Part shown: one piece after another, positions 1 to 9,786 of the stretch
Position numbering within the stretch: position 1 is the first letter of the stretch
Layout of the letters: every line of letters starts with the position of its first letter
Origin: an uncultured Verrucomicrobiae bacterium
GTDB lineage: Bacteria > Verrucomicrobiota > Verrucomicrobiia > Limisphaerales > Palsa-1400
Direction of reading: 5' to 3'
Assembly: GCA_963764165.1 (NCBI GenBank)
Contig: CAVXRD010000002.1
Location: 256,001-320,000 of the forward strand
Length of the DNA: 64,000 bases
Program-made: the position numbers and the translations under genes
Notes under the pieces: generated by a model
Told to the model about the DNA's origin: nothing
What the model saw: the letters and a program-made list of their open reading frames with translations, nothing else
Databases searched by the model: none

Positions 1-244
1 GACCCAGCGCCCTGATGATTCGGTAACCGGCCAGGTCGGGTTGGGAGGCGGCGGCGAAGGGGGAGCCGGGCGCGGTGTGGGATCTGGGCAACACGGCGCC
101 AGCGGGGATGGCAATCGTCCTGGTGCCTGTTGAGCCGGGCCGGGCCTGTTGACTGCCGGCAGCGAGACAGTTCGGGCAAAGATCGCCGGTCGTGTCGGCT
201 GGCAACCAGACCCCGCATCCTTTGCATGGCAGCTTGGTTTCCAT
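1..244 (-). CDS. Ser/Thr protein kinase, 5' part only (runs off the window edge); N-terminal Zn-ribbon-like CxxC..CPxC
   Basis: Manual translation from ATG at 244: METKLPCKGCGVWLPADTTGDLCPNCL...PDLAGYRIIRALG. YRIIRALG matches the start of Hanks kinase subdomain I. Not in the ORF track. Confidence 0.7.
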   Translation of the reverse strand, partial: METKLPCKGCGVWLPADTTGDLCPNCLAAGSQQARPGSTGTRTIAIPAGAVLPRSHTAPGSPFAAASQPDLAGYRIIRALG

Positions 245-419
245 CGAACACCGCTTTTCTAACCATGCTCCGGGGGATACGCAATTGTATTCGTGAGGGA
301 GGACTTTGGCGCATTGATTTGAAAACAGAAAACCTGCCCGACATTTTTCAGCACGACTTTTGGGGGAAAAACGCGGGAAAAATGAATCGGGGCTCAAATC
401 CAGCCGGAATTCAACAAAG

Positions 420-755
420 TCATGGGTTGGCGCGGTATTTCAGGACGAAGACATCTTCGATCGTCACCAAGCCGTCCTGCACGGTTTCGTCCAGGAAGGG
501 GATGATCTTTTTGACGCTTTCTTCGCTGTCAACAATTTCAATGATGATCGGCAAATCCATCGAAAGGCGAAGGATCTTGGAGGTGTGCAAATGACTTTTG
601 GCCCCAAAGCCCATCGGGCCGCGCAGAACGGTCGCGCCCGCGAGACCGAGTTCCCGCGCTTTCAGAACGATGGCTTCGTAAAGGGACTGATGCCCAAACT
701 TGTCGCTTTCACCAATGTAGATGCGCAGCAATTTGCCGTTTTCGGGAATTTTCAC
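420..755 (-). CDS. DUF190 (PII-like) protein
   Basis: LLRIYIGESD, GLAGATVLRG and LSMDLPIIIEIVD motifs; directly downstream of crcB, as is typical. Confidence 0.92.
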   Translation of the reverse strand: MKIPENGKLLRIYIGESDKFGHQSLYEAIVLKARELGLAGATVLRGPMGFGAKSHLHTSKILRLSMDLPIIIEIVDSEESVKKIIPFLDETVQDGLVTIEDVFVLKYRANP

Positions 756-766
756 ATTACGTCACG

Positions 767-1171
767 TCACTTATTGAGCATCTGGCCGAGGATGAATCCC
801 AGCCAAACCGCCACAAGACAAGCTGCCACAGAAATGAGCACGTTGCCACCCGCCCACAGCCATTGGCGCGAGTGCGCCAGCCTGAGGGTCTGCATGCTGA
901 AGGATGAAAAAGTGGTGTAACCGCCGCATATGCCAAACATGCAAAACTCAGTGACAAAACTGCGCGAGGTATTCAAACGGCCTTCGGCCAATGTGAGCGC
1001 CATGAATATGCCGATCACGAACGAGCCGGTGATATTAATGACAATCGTGCCCCAAGGGAATGTTTCGCCCACGCGTTGCCCGACGAATTGCGAAACCCAA
1101 AACCGGCTCATGCCGCCAATCGCGCTTCCGACGGCCACCCAAAAATATGATTTCACCAGTTCCCAAGTCAT
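767..1171 (-). CDS. crcB: Fluoride efflux channel CrcB/Fluc
   Basis: GGMSRF, FPWGTIVINITGSF and GGYTTFSSF signatures; four hydrophobic helices. Confidence 0.96.
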   Translation of the reverse strand: MTWELVKSYFWVAVGSAIGGMSRFWVSQFVGQRVGETFPWGTIVINITGSFVIGIFMALTLAEGRLNTSRSFVTEFCMFGICGGYTTFSSFSMQTLRLAHSRQWLWAGGNVLISVAACLVAVWLGFILGQMLNK

Positions 1172-1199
1172 ATTTGCCCTGCTCCTTCCCGCTGGCCCT

Positions 1200-2141
1200 T
1201 CATGCCGCGACTCCGTGCGGCCCCTGGCCGCCGTTGATGAGGAAGAGCACGGCCATGCGAACGGCCAGACCGTTCGTCACCTGGTTCAAAATCATCGAGC
1301 GTTTGCTGTCGGCGATGTCGCTGTCAATCTCCACCCCGCGATTAATCGGGCCGGGGTGCATGATGAGCGCTTCCGGTTTCAACTGCGCCAAGCGGGCCTG
1401 TGTCAGGCCGAACAGGCTCGTGTATTCGTTGAGGCTCGGGAACATGGTCTTGCGCTGGCGCTCGTGCTGGATGCGCAGGAGGTTGATGATGTCGGCATTC
1501 TCGATGGCTTCGTTGACATTATATGTGACACGGCAGCCCATCTTTTCAAACTCCTTCGGCACCAGCGTGGAGGGGCCGCACAAGGTCACGTTCGCGCCGA
1601 GCTTGGTCATAGCCCAGATGTTGGAGCGGGCCACGCGGCTGTAAAGTATATCGCCGAGAATCGTGACGTTGAGGCCTTCGATCTTGCCCTTCATTTCGCG
1701 GATGGTGAAGGCGTCGAGCAAAGCCTGGGTTGGATGCTCGTGGGCGCCGTCGCCGGCGTTGATGACGCTGGCTTTGAGAAAGCGAGAGAGAAAATGCGCC
1801 GCGCCGCTGGCGCTGTGCCGGATGACGATGATGTCGGCATTGAGCGCCTCGAGATTTCTGGCGGTGTCCTTGAGGGTCTCGCCTTTTTTCAACGACGAGG
1901 CTTCGGCGGAGAAATTGATGACGTCGGCGGTGAGGCGCTGGGCGGCCAGCTCGAAACTGATGCGGGTGCGGGTGGATGGTTCGATGAACAAATTGACGAC
2001 GGTCTTGCCCCGCAGGGCCGGGACTTTCTTAATGGCACGCTCGCCGACGGCCTTGAAGGCGCGGGCGGTGTCGAGGACGGTCAGGATTTCCTCGGCCGAG
2101 AGGGATTCGATGTCAAGCAAATGGGACCGGTTCCAAACCAT
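1200..2141 (-). CDS. pyrB: Aspartate carbamoyltransferase catalytic subunit
   Basis: [18 protein letters not shown] and HPGPINRG motifs. Confidence 0.98.
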   Translation of the reverse strand: MVWNRSHLLDIESLSAEEILTVLDTARAFKAVGERAIKKVPALRGKTVVNLFIEPSTRTRISFELAAQRLTADVINFSAEASSLKKGETLKDTARNLEALNADIIVIRHSASGAAHFLSRFLKASVINAGDGAHEHPTQALLDAFTIREMKGKIEGLNVTILGDILYSRVARSNIWAMTKLGANVTLCGPSTLVPKEFEKMGCRVTYNVNEAIENADIINLLRIQHERQRKTMFPSLNEYTSLFGLTQARLAQLKPEALIMHPGPINRGVEIDSDIADSKRSMILNQVTNGLAVRMAVLFLINGGQGPHGVAA

Positions 2142-2677
2142 TATGTTTTCTCCAAAGTCACTTCATCCGCCCCGCCCTCCTCCTGGAAGCGCACGTTGAC
2201 GCGTTCGCGCGAGGAGGTCGGAACATTTTTGCCGACGAAGTCCGCTTTAATCGGCAGCTCACGATGCCCGCGATCAATCAAAACAGCGAGTTGAATCCGC
2301 TGCGGGCGGCCAAAATCGTTGAGGGCATCGAGGGCCGCGCGGGCGGTGCGGCCGCTGAACAGGACGTCATCAACAAGAATTACAGTTTTGCCGACGATGT
2401 TCACCGGAATGATGGTGGGTTGTATATTTAGGTTTGACGCAGTTTGGTCGAGATCATCGCGGTGCATGCTTACGTCCAGTTTTCCCACCGGCACGGCGTG
2501 GTTCCAGATGCCCGCGAGGATGGACGCCAGGCGTTTGGCCAGGAACACGCCGCCGCGCTCAATGCCTATAAGGACGACTTCGACGCTGTTTTCGTTGCGC
2601 TCGGCAATTTCGTGGGCGATGCGGGTCAACACCCGCTTCATGGCGGCGCCGTTAAGGACAATGTTGGAAGTCGGCAT
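2141..2677 (-). CDS. pyrR: Pyrimidine operon regulator / uracil phosphoribosyltransferase PyrR
   Basis: [23 protein letters not shown] and [16 protein letters not shown] motifs; stop overlaps the pyrB start. Confidence 0.97.
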   Translation of the reverse strand: MPTSNIVLNGAAMKRVLTRIAHEIAERNENSVEVVLIGIERGGVFLAKRLASILAGIWNHAVPVGKLDVSMHRDDLDQTASNLNIQPTIIPVNIVGKTVILVDDVLFSGRTARAALDALNDFGRPQRIQLAVLIDRGHRELPIKADFVGKNVPTSSRERVNVRFQEEGGADEVTLEKT

Positions 2678-2740
2678 AAAAATGCTGTGGCTCGCTCTCG
2701 TTGTTAGAGCGATTCGATGCGCAGATTCGAAATTTCATCG

Positions 2741-2772
2741 CCTTGGCGACCTCACAGGATCGCATTAAAAGC
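2741..2772 (-). promoter_or_regulatory. PyrR-binding RNA stem-loop in the pyrR leader
   Basis: Minus strand reads GCUUUUAAUGCGAUCCUGUGAGGUCGCCAAGG. It contains the UUUAA internal loop and a near-match to the ARUCCNGNGAGGYU consensus, with GCGA/UCGC and CUUU/AAGG pairing, ~65 nt upstream of pyrR. Confidence 0.85.
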
Positions 2773-3018
2773 CGTCGTCCCCAACGGAACCAGTTCCGCC
2801 CGGCAGAGCGTTCGGACGCAGGTATTTTGGAGGCGCCTCGCATATTGGCAAGTGGATTCTGAATTCAGCGGCAATCGTCGATTCCCCGCCCAAAGCATCA
2901 GGGAATGTCCTAAAAATGAGAGCAGTTGTCTCAAGACGGCATAGCCAGTCAACCAAAGTCGGATAGGGTTGTAGCAATGTCACAACGCATTCAAGCGGCG
3001 GGTAAATTGTCTCTAAAT

Positions 3019-6000
3019 ATGAAATTGCTTCCCAAACAAATGGGCGTTTGCCTCTTGGCCGCGCTCGCGGTTTTATCTTTTCAATTTCGCGCCGCCGCGG
3101 TTCCGAAGCCCATCGGCACCGTCTCCGGCTCGGTGGTGAATAGTTGCGCCGGCAGCGGCAATCTTACTGGCGACGCCGGGATTGCCGGAATCTCTGTTTC
3201 TCTTTCGAGCTCAACGGTGGCCACCGTGACGACGACGACGGCTGCCAATGGCAGCTTCAGCTTCACCAATGTCGTAGCCGGCGCCTATGTTCTAACGGTT
3301 AATCCACCTGCGCAGTATGTGGAAACCTATCCGGCTGGTGTGACAAATAATAAGGTTCAAGTGTCGGTGACGCCGGGTCAGACAACCACCACCAACTTTG
3401 GTTATGCATTCAGCAGCCCGCCGACGATCATCTATACTCCGCCTGTGACGTCGAGCATCGCCCTCGGTTCCCAGGCGGAGTGCACCGCCACCGAAAGCCA
3501 ATGGGCTGGCGCTCCTTCCGGGAACGATGCCGGAGCCGTGCTGGCTTCCAACTTTCCGACCGTCTTTCCAAGCGGCGTTACCATCGGATATGCAGGCGGT
3601 TTTACAGTAAATTTGACCTCGGTCCCGGCCGTGGACGCGTTTCTTTCCTCAGCATCGGGCCCTCCCGGGACCTTGAGCGCCAGCGCAGTTAATCCCGCCT
3701 CCACCAGCGCCGGAGACTTTGCCGGCGAGGTGCTGGCCCTGCAATTGAGCGTCGGTTTTTCGGGTGCGGGTGTTTTTGGCACCGGCACGACTCTCAGCAA
3801 TCTGGTCTATTACAATCCCTCTTCCCCTCTCAATGGATATGGTCTCGGTCAGATCCTGAACATCGCCAACATCGGATTGGGCGGCGGCAACCTCGCGCCT
3901 TATGGCGTTTCCATCGACGATTTGGAAACGCTCCTTTTGACCCTCAACAGCGCCCTCACGAATTGCACTGCCGACGCATTTGCCGCCAGCTCGCTACTGA
4001 TCCCCGTCAGCGCCTCGGATGTCACCGACTCGATCATCTCCAACGCGGTTACGCTGGTGGAAGCCAGCGGCGGCGCCAGCTTTACGGTCAGCCACACGGA
4101 CACTGGGACCTGTGGCCAGATTCGCACCTTCACCATCCAGGCGATGAACACTTGCGGTTACGAGTCTTCCAGCAACGTGGTCTTCGCCCTCGGCGGCAAC
4201 CTGGCCGCGCCGGTGATTAGCGGCGTCCCTGCCGGCGGGTTTCTGGGCTGTGTTGGCGCGGGCCAATTCCCCGCAGGACTTCCCACCGAAAGCGCCATCT
4301 ATGGCGAGGTCAGCGCCACGGGGCTTTCGGGATCGCCCATCATCGTCGTCACCTTGCAGGACACGGTCAATGGTTGCTCCGGCTCCCGTACTTTTACCGT
4401 CACCGTCAGCGATATTTGCGGCAACCTGGCCAGCAAGCAGACAATTTATACTTGGGACATTTTGAGTGGCATCCCCACATTCGGCGGCCTGCCTGCCGCC
4501 GCCACCAATTATTCATGCTACGCGCAAGTGCCGCCCGCCGCGCAGGTCACCGCCACTGACGCCTGCGGTCAAAGTTTGACAGTGAATTACTCCTCCACCG
4601 AGACCGCCCCCGATTCCTCATGCAACGACACCATCACCCGCACTTGGATCACGGCGGATTGCGCCGGCCAAACCGCCTCCTTCCAGCAAGTCATCACTGT
4701 CAAGAATCTTATCCCGCCGACGATGACGGCAGGGACGATCGCCAGTTGCTACAGCAGCGTCGAGGAAGCGACCAACGCCGCCCTGCTGGCCACCAGCGCC
4801 AGCGCCTCCTGCGCAGGAACCGTCGTGCTGACGGTGTCAACGAATGGAACGAATTGCCCGGCCACCATCACCGTCACCGCCACCGACGGATGCGGCAATT
4901 TCACCAACGTGACCTACACCACCGCAATTTTGTTGACGGCGCCGACTTTTGAAAACCCGCCTGCCAACGCGACCTACAGTTGTTACTCCGACGTGCCAGC
5001 CATGCAGCCGTTGACGGCCATGGACGCCTGCGGGACGACTTGGTCTGTAACGGGAACTTCAGTGGAGACCGCCCCCGGTTCCTCGTGCAACGACACCATT
5101 ACCCGCACCTGGACAGCCACCGACTGCGCCGGACAAACCACCAAGATCCAACAAATCATCACGGTCAAGAACCTCATCCCGCCGACGATGACGGCAGGGA
5201 CGATCGCCAGTTGCTACGCCAGCGTGGAGGAAGCCACCAACGCAGCCGTGCAAGCCACCAGCGCCAGCGCCTCCTGCGCAGGCACGGTCGTCCTGACGGT
5301 GTCAACGAATGGAACGAATTGCCCGGCCACCATCACCGTCACCGCCACCGACGGATGCGGCAATTCCACCAACGTCACCTACACGACAGCAATTTTGCTG
5401 ACGGCGCCAACCTTCGAAAACCCGCCTGCCAACGTGACCTATAGCTGTTACTCCGACTTGCCAGCCATGCAGCCGTTGACGGCCATGGACGCCTGCGGAA
5501 CGACGTGGTCTGTCACTGGAACCTCAGTTGAGACAGCACCGGGTTCCTCATGCAACGACACCATCACCCGCACTTGGACTGCAACTGACTGCGCCGGACA
5601 AACCACCAAGGTCCAACAAATCATCACGGTCAAGAACCTCATCCCGCCGACGATGACGGCAGGGACGATCGCCAGTTGCTACGCCAGCGTGGAGGAAGCC
5701 ACCAACGCAGCCGTGCAAGCCACCAGCGCCAGCGCCTCCTGCGCGGGCACGGTCGTGCTGACGGTGTCAACGAATGGAACGAACTGCCCGGCCACGATCA
5801 CCGTCACCGCCACCGACGGATGCGGCAATTCCACCAACGTCACCTACACGACAGCAATTTTGCTGACGGCCCCGACTTTTGAAAACCCGCCTGCCAACGC
5901 GACCTATAGTTGTTACTCCGACGTGCCAGCCATGCAGCCGTTGACGGCGGTGGACGCCTGCGGGACGGTCTGGTCAGTGACTGGAACTTCAGTTGAGACC

Positions 6001-9000
6001 GCACCCGGTTCCTCATGCAATGACACCATCACCCGCACTTGGACGGCTACTGACTGCGCCGGACAAACCACCAAAATCCAACAAATCATCACTGTCAAGA
6101 ACCTCATCCCGCCGACGATGACGGCAGGGACGATCGCCAGTTGCTACAGCAGTGTCGAAGCAGCGACCAACGCAGCCATGCAAGCCACCAGCGCCAGCGC
6201 CTCCTGCGCAGGCACGGTCGTCCTGACGGTGTCAACCAATGGAACGAACTGCCCGGCCACCATCACCGTCACCGCCACTGACGGATGTGGCAACTCCACC
6301 AAAGTGACCTACACCACCGCGATTTTATTGACCGCGCCAATCTTTGAAAATCCGCCTGCCAACGTGACCTATAGCTGTTACTCTGACGTGCCAGCCATGC
6401 AGCCGCTGACAGCGATGGACGCCTGCGGGACGACTTGGTCTGTGACGGGAACTTCAGTGGAGACCGCCCCCGGTTCCTCGTGCAACGACACCATCACCCG
6501 CACTTGGACTGCAACTGACTGCGCCGGACAAACCACCAAAATCCAACAAATCATCACCGTCAAGAACCTCATCCCGCCGACGATGACGGCAGGGACGATC
6601 GCCAGTTGCTACAGCAGTGTCGAGGCAGCGACCAACGCAGCCATGCAAGCCACCAGCGCCAGCGCCTCCTGCGCAGGCACGGTCGTCCTGACGGTGTCAA
6701 CCAATGGAACGAACTGCCCGGCCACCATCACCGTCACCGCCACCGACGGATGCGGCAATTCCACCAACGTCACCTACACGACAGCAATTTTGCTGACGGC
6801 CCCGACTTTTGAAAATCCGCCTGCCAACGTGACCTATAGCTGTTACTCCGACGTGCCAGCCATGCAGCCGTTGACGGCCATGGACGCCTGCGGAACGACT
6901 TGGTCTGTGACGGGTACCTCAGTTGAGACAGCACCCGGTTCCTCATGCAATGACACCATCACCCGCACTTGGACGGCTACTGACTGCGCCGGACAAACCA
7001 CCAAAATCCAACAAATCATCACCGTCAAGAACTTCATCCCGCCGACGATGACGGCAGGGACGATCGCCAGTTGCTACAGCAGCGTGATGGCGGCGACCAA
7101 CGCAGCCGTGCAGGCCACTAAAGCCAGTGCTTTCTGCTCGGGCGCGGTCAACCTGACGGTGACGACCAACGGACTTGACTGCCCGGCCACGATCACCGTC
7201 ACCGCCACGGACGGATGCGGCAATTCCGCCCACGTCACCTACACAGCGGCGATTTTGCCGATGCCGCCGACATTTGAAAATCCGCCTGCCAACGCGACCT
7301 ATAGTTGTTACTCGGAAGTGCCAGCCATGCAGCCGCTGACGGCGGTAGACGCCTGCGGGACAAGCTGGGCTGTGAATGGAACCTCCATGCAGACTGCCGC
7401 TGGTTCTTCATGCAACGACATCATCACCCGCACCTGGACGGCGACCGATTGCGCCGGACAAACCACCACCTTCATCCAGACGATCAAGGTAAACAACACC
7501 AATGCCCCGACCCTAGCCCACGTCCCCACCGGCGGCTACGCCGGATGCAGCGCGGCCGATCTTCCTACTGACGCGACCGTGCTCAACGGTGTCACGGCGA
7601 CGGACTTCTGCGGCAAACCAGCCAGCGTGACGGCAAGTTATGTTGATAGCGTCAACAACTGCGAAGGCACACGCACGTTTTCGATTGTCGGCACAGACAC
7701 CTGTGGCAATACCGTCACGCAAACCGTGGCCTACACCTGGACAGCGGGCACCAACGGTCCCAACGTGGTCTGCCCGCCGAGTGTGACCATCGTCACCAAC
7801 GTTTGTCAGATGTATTGCACATTTTCCCCTTCGGATTGGAGCTGCGCTCCAAACCCTGGTTATAACAACAATTGGGGTTACGTCTCCCAATATTACAATA
7901 ACTGGGGTTTCGGCGGCGGCTGGGGATCGTGCAACTGGGGAAACCACGACGCCAACAACTGGTGGCAGTCCTGGTGCAACACCAATCCCGTTTCGGCCTG
8001 CTGGCCCAGCTGGACCAATTGGTGGAGCCAATCCGCCAGCCCCACCAACGGCAACGGTCTTTGGACCACCTGGTGCACCCAACGCCCAACCAATTGCTGG
8101 GGATCCTGGTCCGCCAATAATCAGTCGGCCAACAACGGCAACTGGTGGAATGGCTGGAATGGCGGCAACCAGACCAGCTATGGCTGGGTTCCTTGCTCCG
8201 GCAACAACCCCGGCGGCATCCTGAGCTCGTGTTTCAACAAAGTTTATTCCAATGGTTGCGTGCGGATTGGCTCTCCCCTGGGCAACTGCTGGACGTTTAC
8301 CTCCTGCTCCGCAGTGACCAACTGCCTGGGCTTCGGCGGAAGTTGCGGGGTGCTGACCAATTGCGCCACCAATCCGGCTTCTTGCAAATCCGGCGCCTTC
8401 TGCGCCCAGGTCCTGGCGTTGCAGTTGAACTGCGACCTCGGTGATTACGGTTGCGTGCCCGGCTTTTTCGGCAAGTGCGGCGACCTGGTTCTGACCTGTC
8501 CGGCCTCGCCTTGCAACGGCTGCAAAGTGCGCGACGTCCTGAGCCTGTGCAACGGGGTCCTCGGTGGCGCGCCCTGCCCGGCTGGATGCACTGTCTCGAA
8601 CCTGTGCGGACTCCTCACCAACCTCAACCAGTGCTTTGAAGGCTGCCGGGTCAGCCCCTGGTGCAGTTCCAATTTGGCGCAGGTCTACATTCCGCCGGCT
8701 TCCGTGACCGGAACGGCGACCGCGACGGCAACCTGCAGCCCCGTGGCGATACTGACCAACTACGACACGATCTTGCCCACTTCTTGCAGCAATACGTATG
8801 TCATCGAACGCGTTTGGGCCGCGGTGGATGGATGCGGCAACAGCAACTATTGCACACAGCTCATTACCGTCGCCCAGAGCGGATTGATCCCGGGCGCCGA
8901 ATTGACGAAAACCGGACCCGCGACGGCAACCGTCAGCAACACTCTTGTTTACACCTTCACGGTGACCAACAACGGCAACAGCGCTGAGACATTGCAGGTG

Positions 9001-9786
9001 ATCGATCCGCTGCTGGGTGGCGCCATCTTCTCGCAATCCAATGTGGCTCCGGGCCAGGGCTTTGCCTTCACCGAGAGTTATACGCCGAAGACCAGCGGAA
9101 ACCTGACCAACACGGCGTGGGCGATCGGAACCGTGCCCGGTGGCAAGTCCGTCACCAATTATTCCACCGCCATCACCTGTATTACGACCAAGTGCGTGAC
9201 CAATCAGATATGCAGCAGCTTTAACTCACAGAACGAAGGCAGCGGATACGTCTGGTTCAACGCTCATCTCAATTGCAATCCAGGCAAGGCTTGCGCGTTC
9301 TATTGCTCGAACGCGATAGTGACTCTCTCATGCGCTGATGGCAAGGTCTATACGTTCCCCGTCCCAAATTGCCAGGTCAACTTCACCAATTGCTCCAGCG
9401 GCAGTTGTTCCTACAACGGTTCATCCTGGAGCACGGAGATTCCTTCAGCCGGCGACAGCGAATGCTTCCTGTCCGGTTTCGGAATTCCATGGCAGGCTGA
9501 CTTTGCCAATTGCCATTCGGTTTGCTGGACGGGAGTGTTTAGCTGCAGCACGCCGGGCGTCAGCTGCAACTGGCAATGGAGCGCCGCCTGCTACAATTGC
9601 GACTTGAGCAACTGCGGAGCCATCAACGTCAAACCCTGCCACGACAACCCGAGCGGTTATCAAAACGGCGACCACGCCGGAACCCCGGAGAATTGCACTT
9701 CTCACTGCCAGCCGGGCGCCTGCGGCGGCGGCGGCGGCAACTACACCGGTTCGTGGTCGGGCACTGGCTCGTTCACCTGCCATTAA
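3019..9786 (+). CDS. Giant secreted Cys-rich repeat protein: signal peptide, SdrD-B/Cna-B-like domain, HYR-like tandem repeats, DUF11-like domain, Cys-rich C-terminus
   Basis: Uninterrupted ORF (track 2926..9786). Likely start MKLLPKQMGVCLLAALAVLSFQFRAAA. Motifs TTTTAANGSFSFTNVVAGAYVL (Cna-B-like), TITRTWTATDCAG and ITVTATDGCGN (HYR-like), ELTKTGPATATVSNTLVYTFTVTNNG (DUF11-like). Confidence 0.88.
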   Translation: MKLLPKQMGVCLLAALAVLSFQFRAAAVPKPIGTVSGSVVNSCAGSGNLTGDAGIAGISVSLSSSTVATVTTTTAANGSFSFTNVVAGAYVLTVNPPAQYVETYPAGVTNNKVQVSVTPGQTTTTNFGYAFSSPPTIIYTPPVTSSIALGSQAECTATESQWAGAPSGNDAGAVLASNFPTVFPSGVTIGYAGGFTVNLTSVPAVDAFLSSASGPPGTLSASAVNPASTSAGDFAGEVLALQLSVGFSGAGVFGTGTTLSNLVYYNPSSPLNGYGLGQILNIANIGLGGGNLAPYGVSIDDLETLLLTLNSALTNCTADAFAASSLLIPVSASDVTDSIISNAVTLVEASGGASFTVSHTDTGTCGQIRTFTIQAMNTCGYESSSNVVFALGGNLAAPVISGVPAGGFLGCVGAGQFPAGLPTESAIYGEVSATGLSGSPIIVVTLQDTVNGCSGSRTFTVTVSDICGNLASKQTIYTWDILSGIPTFGGLPAAATNYSCYAQVPPAAQVTATDACGQSLTVNYSSTETAPDSSCNDTITRTWITADCAGQTASFQQVITVKNLIPPTMTAGTIASCYSSVEEATNAALLATSASASCAGTVVLTVSTNGTNCPATITVTATDGCGNFTNVTYTTAILLTAPTFENPPANATYSCYSDVPAMQPLTAMDACGTTWSVTGTSVETAPGSSCNDTITRTWTATDCAGQTTKIQQIITVKNLIPPTMTAGTIASCYASVEEATNAAVQATSASASCAGTVVLTVSTNGTNCPATITVTATDGCGNSTNVTYTTAILLTAPTFENPPANVTYSCYSDLPAMQPLTAMDACGTTWSVTGTSVETAPGSSCNDTITRTWTATDCAGQTTKVQQIITVKNLIPPTMTAGTIASCYASVEEATNAAVQATSASASCAGTVVLTVSTNGTNCPATITVTATDGCGNSTNVTYTTAILLTAPTFENPPANATYSCYSDVPAMQPLTAVDACGTVWSVTGTSVETAPGSSCNDTITRTWTATDCAGQTTKIQQIITVKNLIPPTMTAGTIASCYSSVEAATNAAMQATSASASCAGTVVLTVSTNGTNCPATITVTATDGCGNSTKVTYTTAILLTAPIFENPPANVTYSCYSDVPAMQPLTAMDACGTTWSVTGTSVETAPGSSCNDTITRTWTATDCAGQTTKIQQIITVKNLIPPTMTAGTIASCYSSVEAATNAAMQATSASASCAGTVVLTVSTNGTNCPATITVTATDGCGNSTNVTYTTAILLTAPTFENPPANVTYSCYSDVPAMQPLTAMDACGTTWSVTGTSVETAPGSSCNDTITRTWTATDCAGQTTKIQQIITVKNFIPPTMTAGTIASCYSSVMAATNAAVQATKASAFCSGAVNLTVTTNGLDCPATITVTATDGCGNSAHVTYTAAILPMPPTFENPPANATYSCYSEVPAMQPLTAVDACGTSWAVNGTSMQTAAGSSCNDIITRTWTATDCAGQTTTFIQTIKVNNTNAPTLAHVPTGGYAGCSAADLPTDATVLNGVTATDFCGKPASVTASYVDSVNNCEGTRTFSIVGTDTCGNTVTQTVAYTWTAGTNGPNVVCPPSVTIVTNVCQMYCTFSPSDWSCAPNPGYNNNWGYVSQYYNNWGFGGGWGSCNWGNHDANNWWQSWCNTNPVSACWPSWTNWWSQSASPTNGNGLWTTWCTQRPTNCWGSWSANNQSANNGNWWNGWNGGNQTSYGWVPCSGNNPGGILSSCFNKVYSNGCVRIGSPLGNCWTFTSCSAVTNCLGFGGSCGVLTNCATNPASCKSGAFCAQVLALQLNCDLGDYGCVPGFFGKCGDLVLTCPASPCNGCKVRDVLSLCNGVLGGAPCPAGCTVSNLCGLLTNLNQCFEGCRVSPWCSSNLAQVYIPPASVTGTATATATCSPVAILTNYDTILPTSCSNTYVIERVWAAVDGCGNSNYCTQLITVAQSGLIPGAELTKTGPATATVSNTLVYTFTVTNNGNSAETLQVIDPLLGGAIFSQSNVAPGQGFAFTESYTPKTSGNLTNTAWAIGTVPGGKSVTNYSTAITCITTKCVTNQICSSFNSQNEGSGYVWFNAHLNCNPGKACAFYCSNAIVTLSCADGKVYTFPVPNCQVNFTNCSSGSCSYNGSSWSTEIPSAGDSECFLSGFGIPWQADFANCHSVCWTGVFSCSTPGVSCNWQWSAACYNCDLSNCGAINVKPCHDNPSGYQNGDHAGTPENCTSHCQPGACGGGGGNYTGSWSGTGSFTCH
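4510..7490 (+). repeat. Intragenic tandem repeat, 465-bp (155-aa) unit, about 6.4 copies
   Basis: Near-identical antisense ORFs recur at 4983, 5448, 5913, 6378, 6843 and 7308, exactly 465 apart; first and last units are more diverged. Confidence 0.95.

Noticed and set aside
2725..2745. Fluoride (crcB) riboswitch suggested by GGCGAUG in the leader
   Set aside because: It lacks the complementary UCGCC and the 3' GAUGAC-CCUAC-like half; the segment belongs to the PyrR stem
4510..7490. CRISPR array or other non-coding repeat array
   Set aside because: The 465-bp units are contiguous, in frame and protein-coding, with no unique spacers and no cas genes in the window
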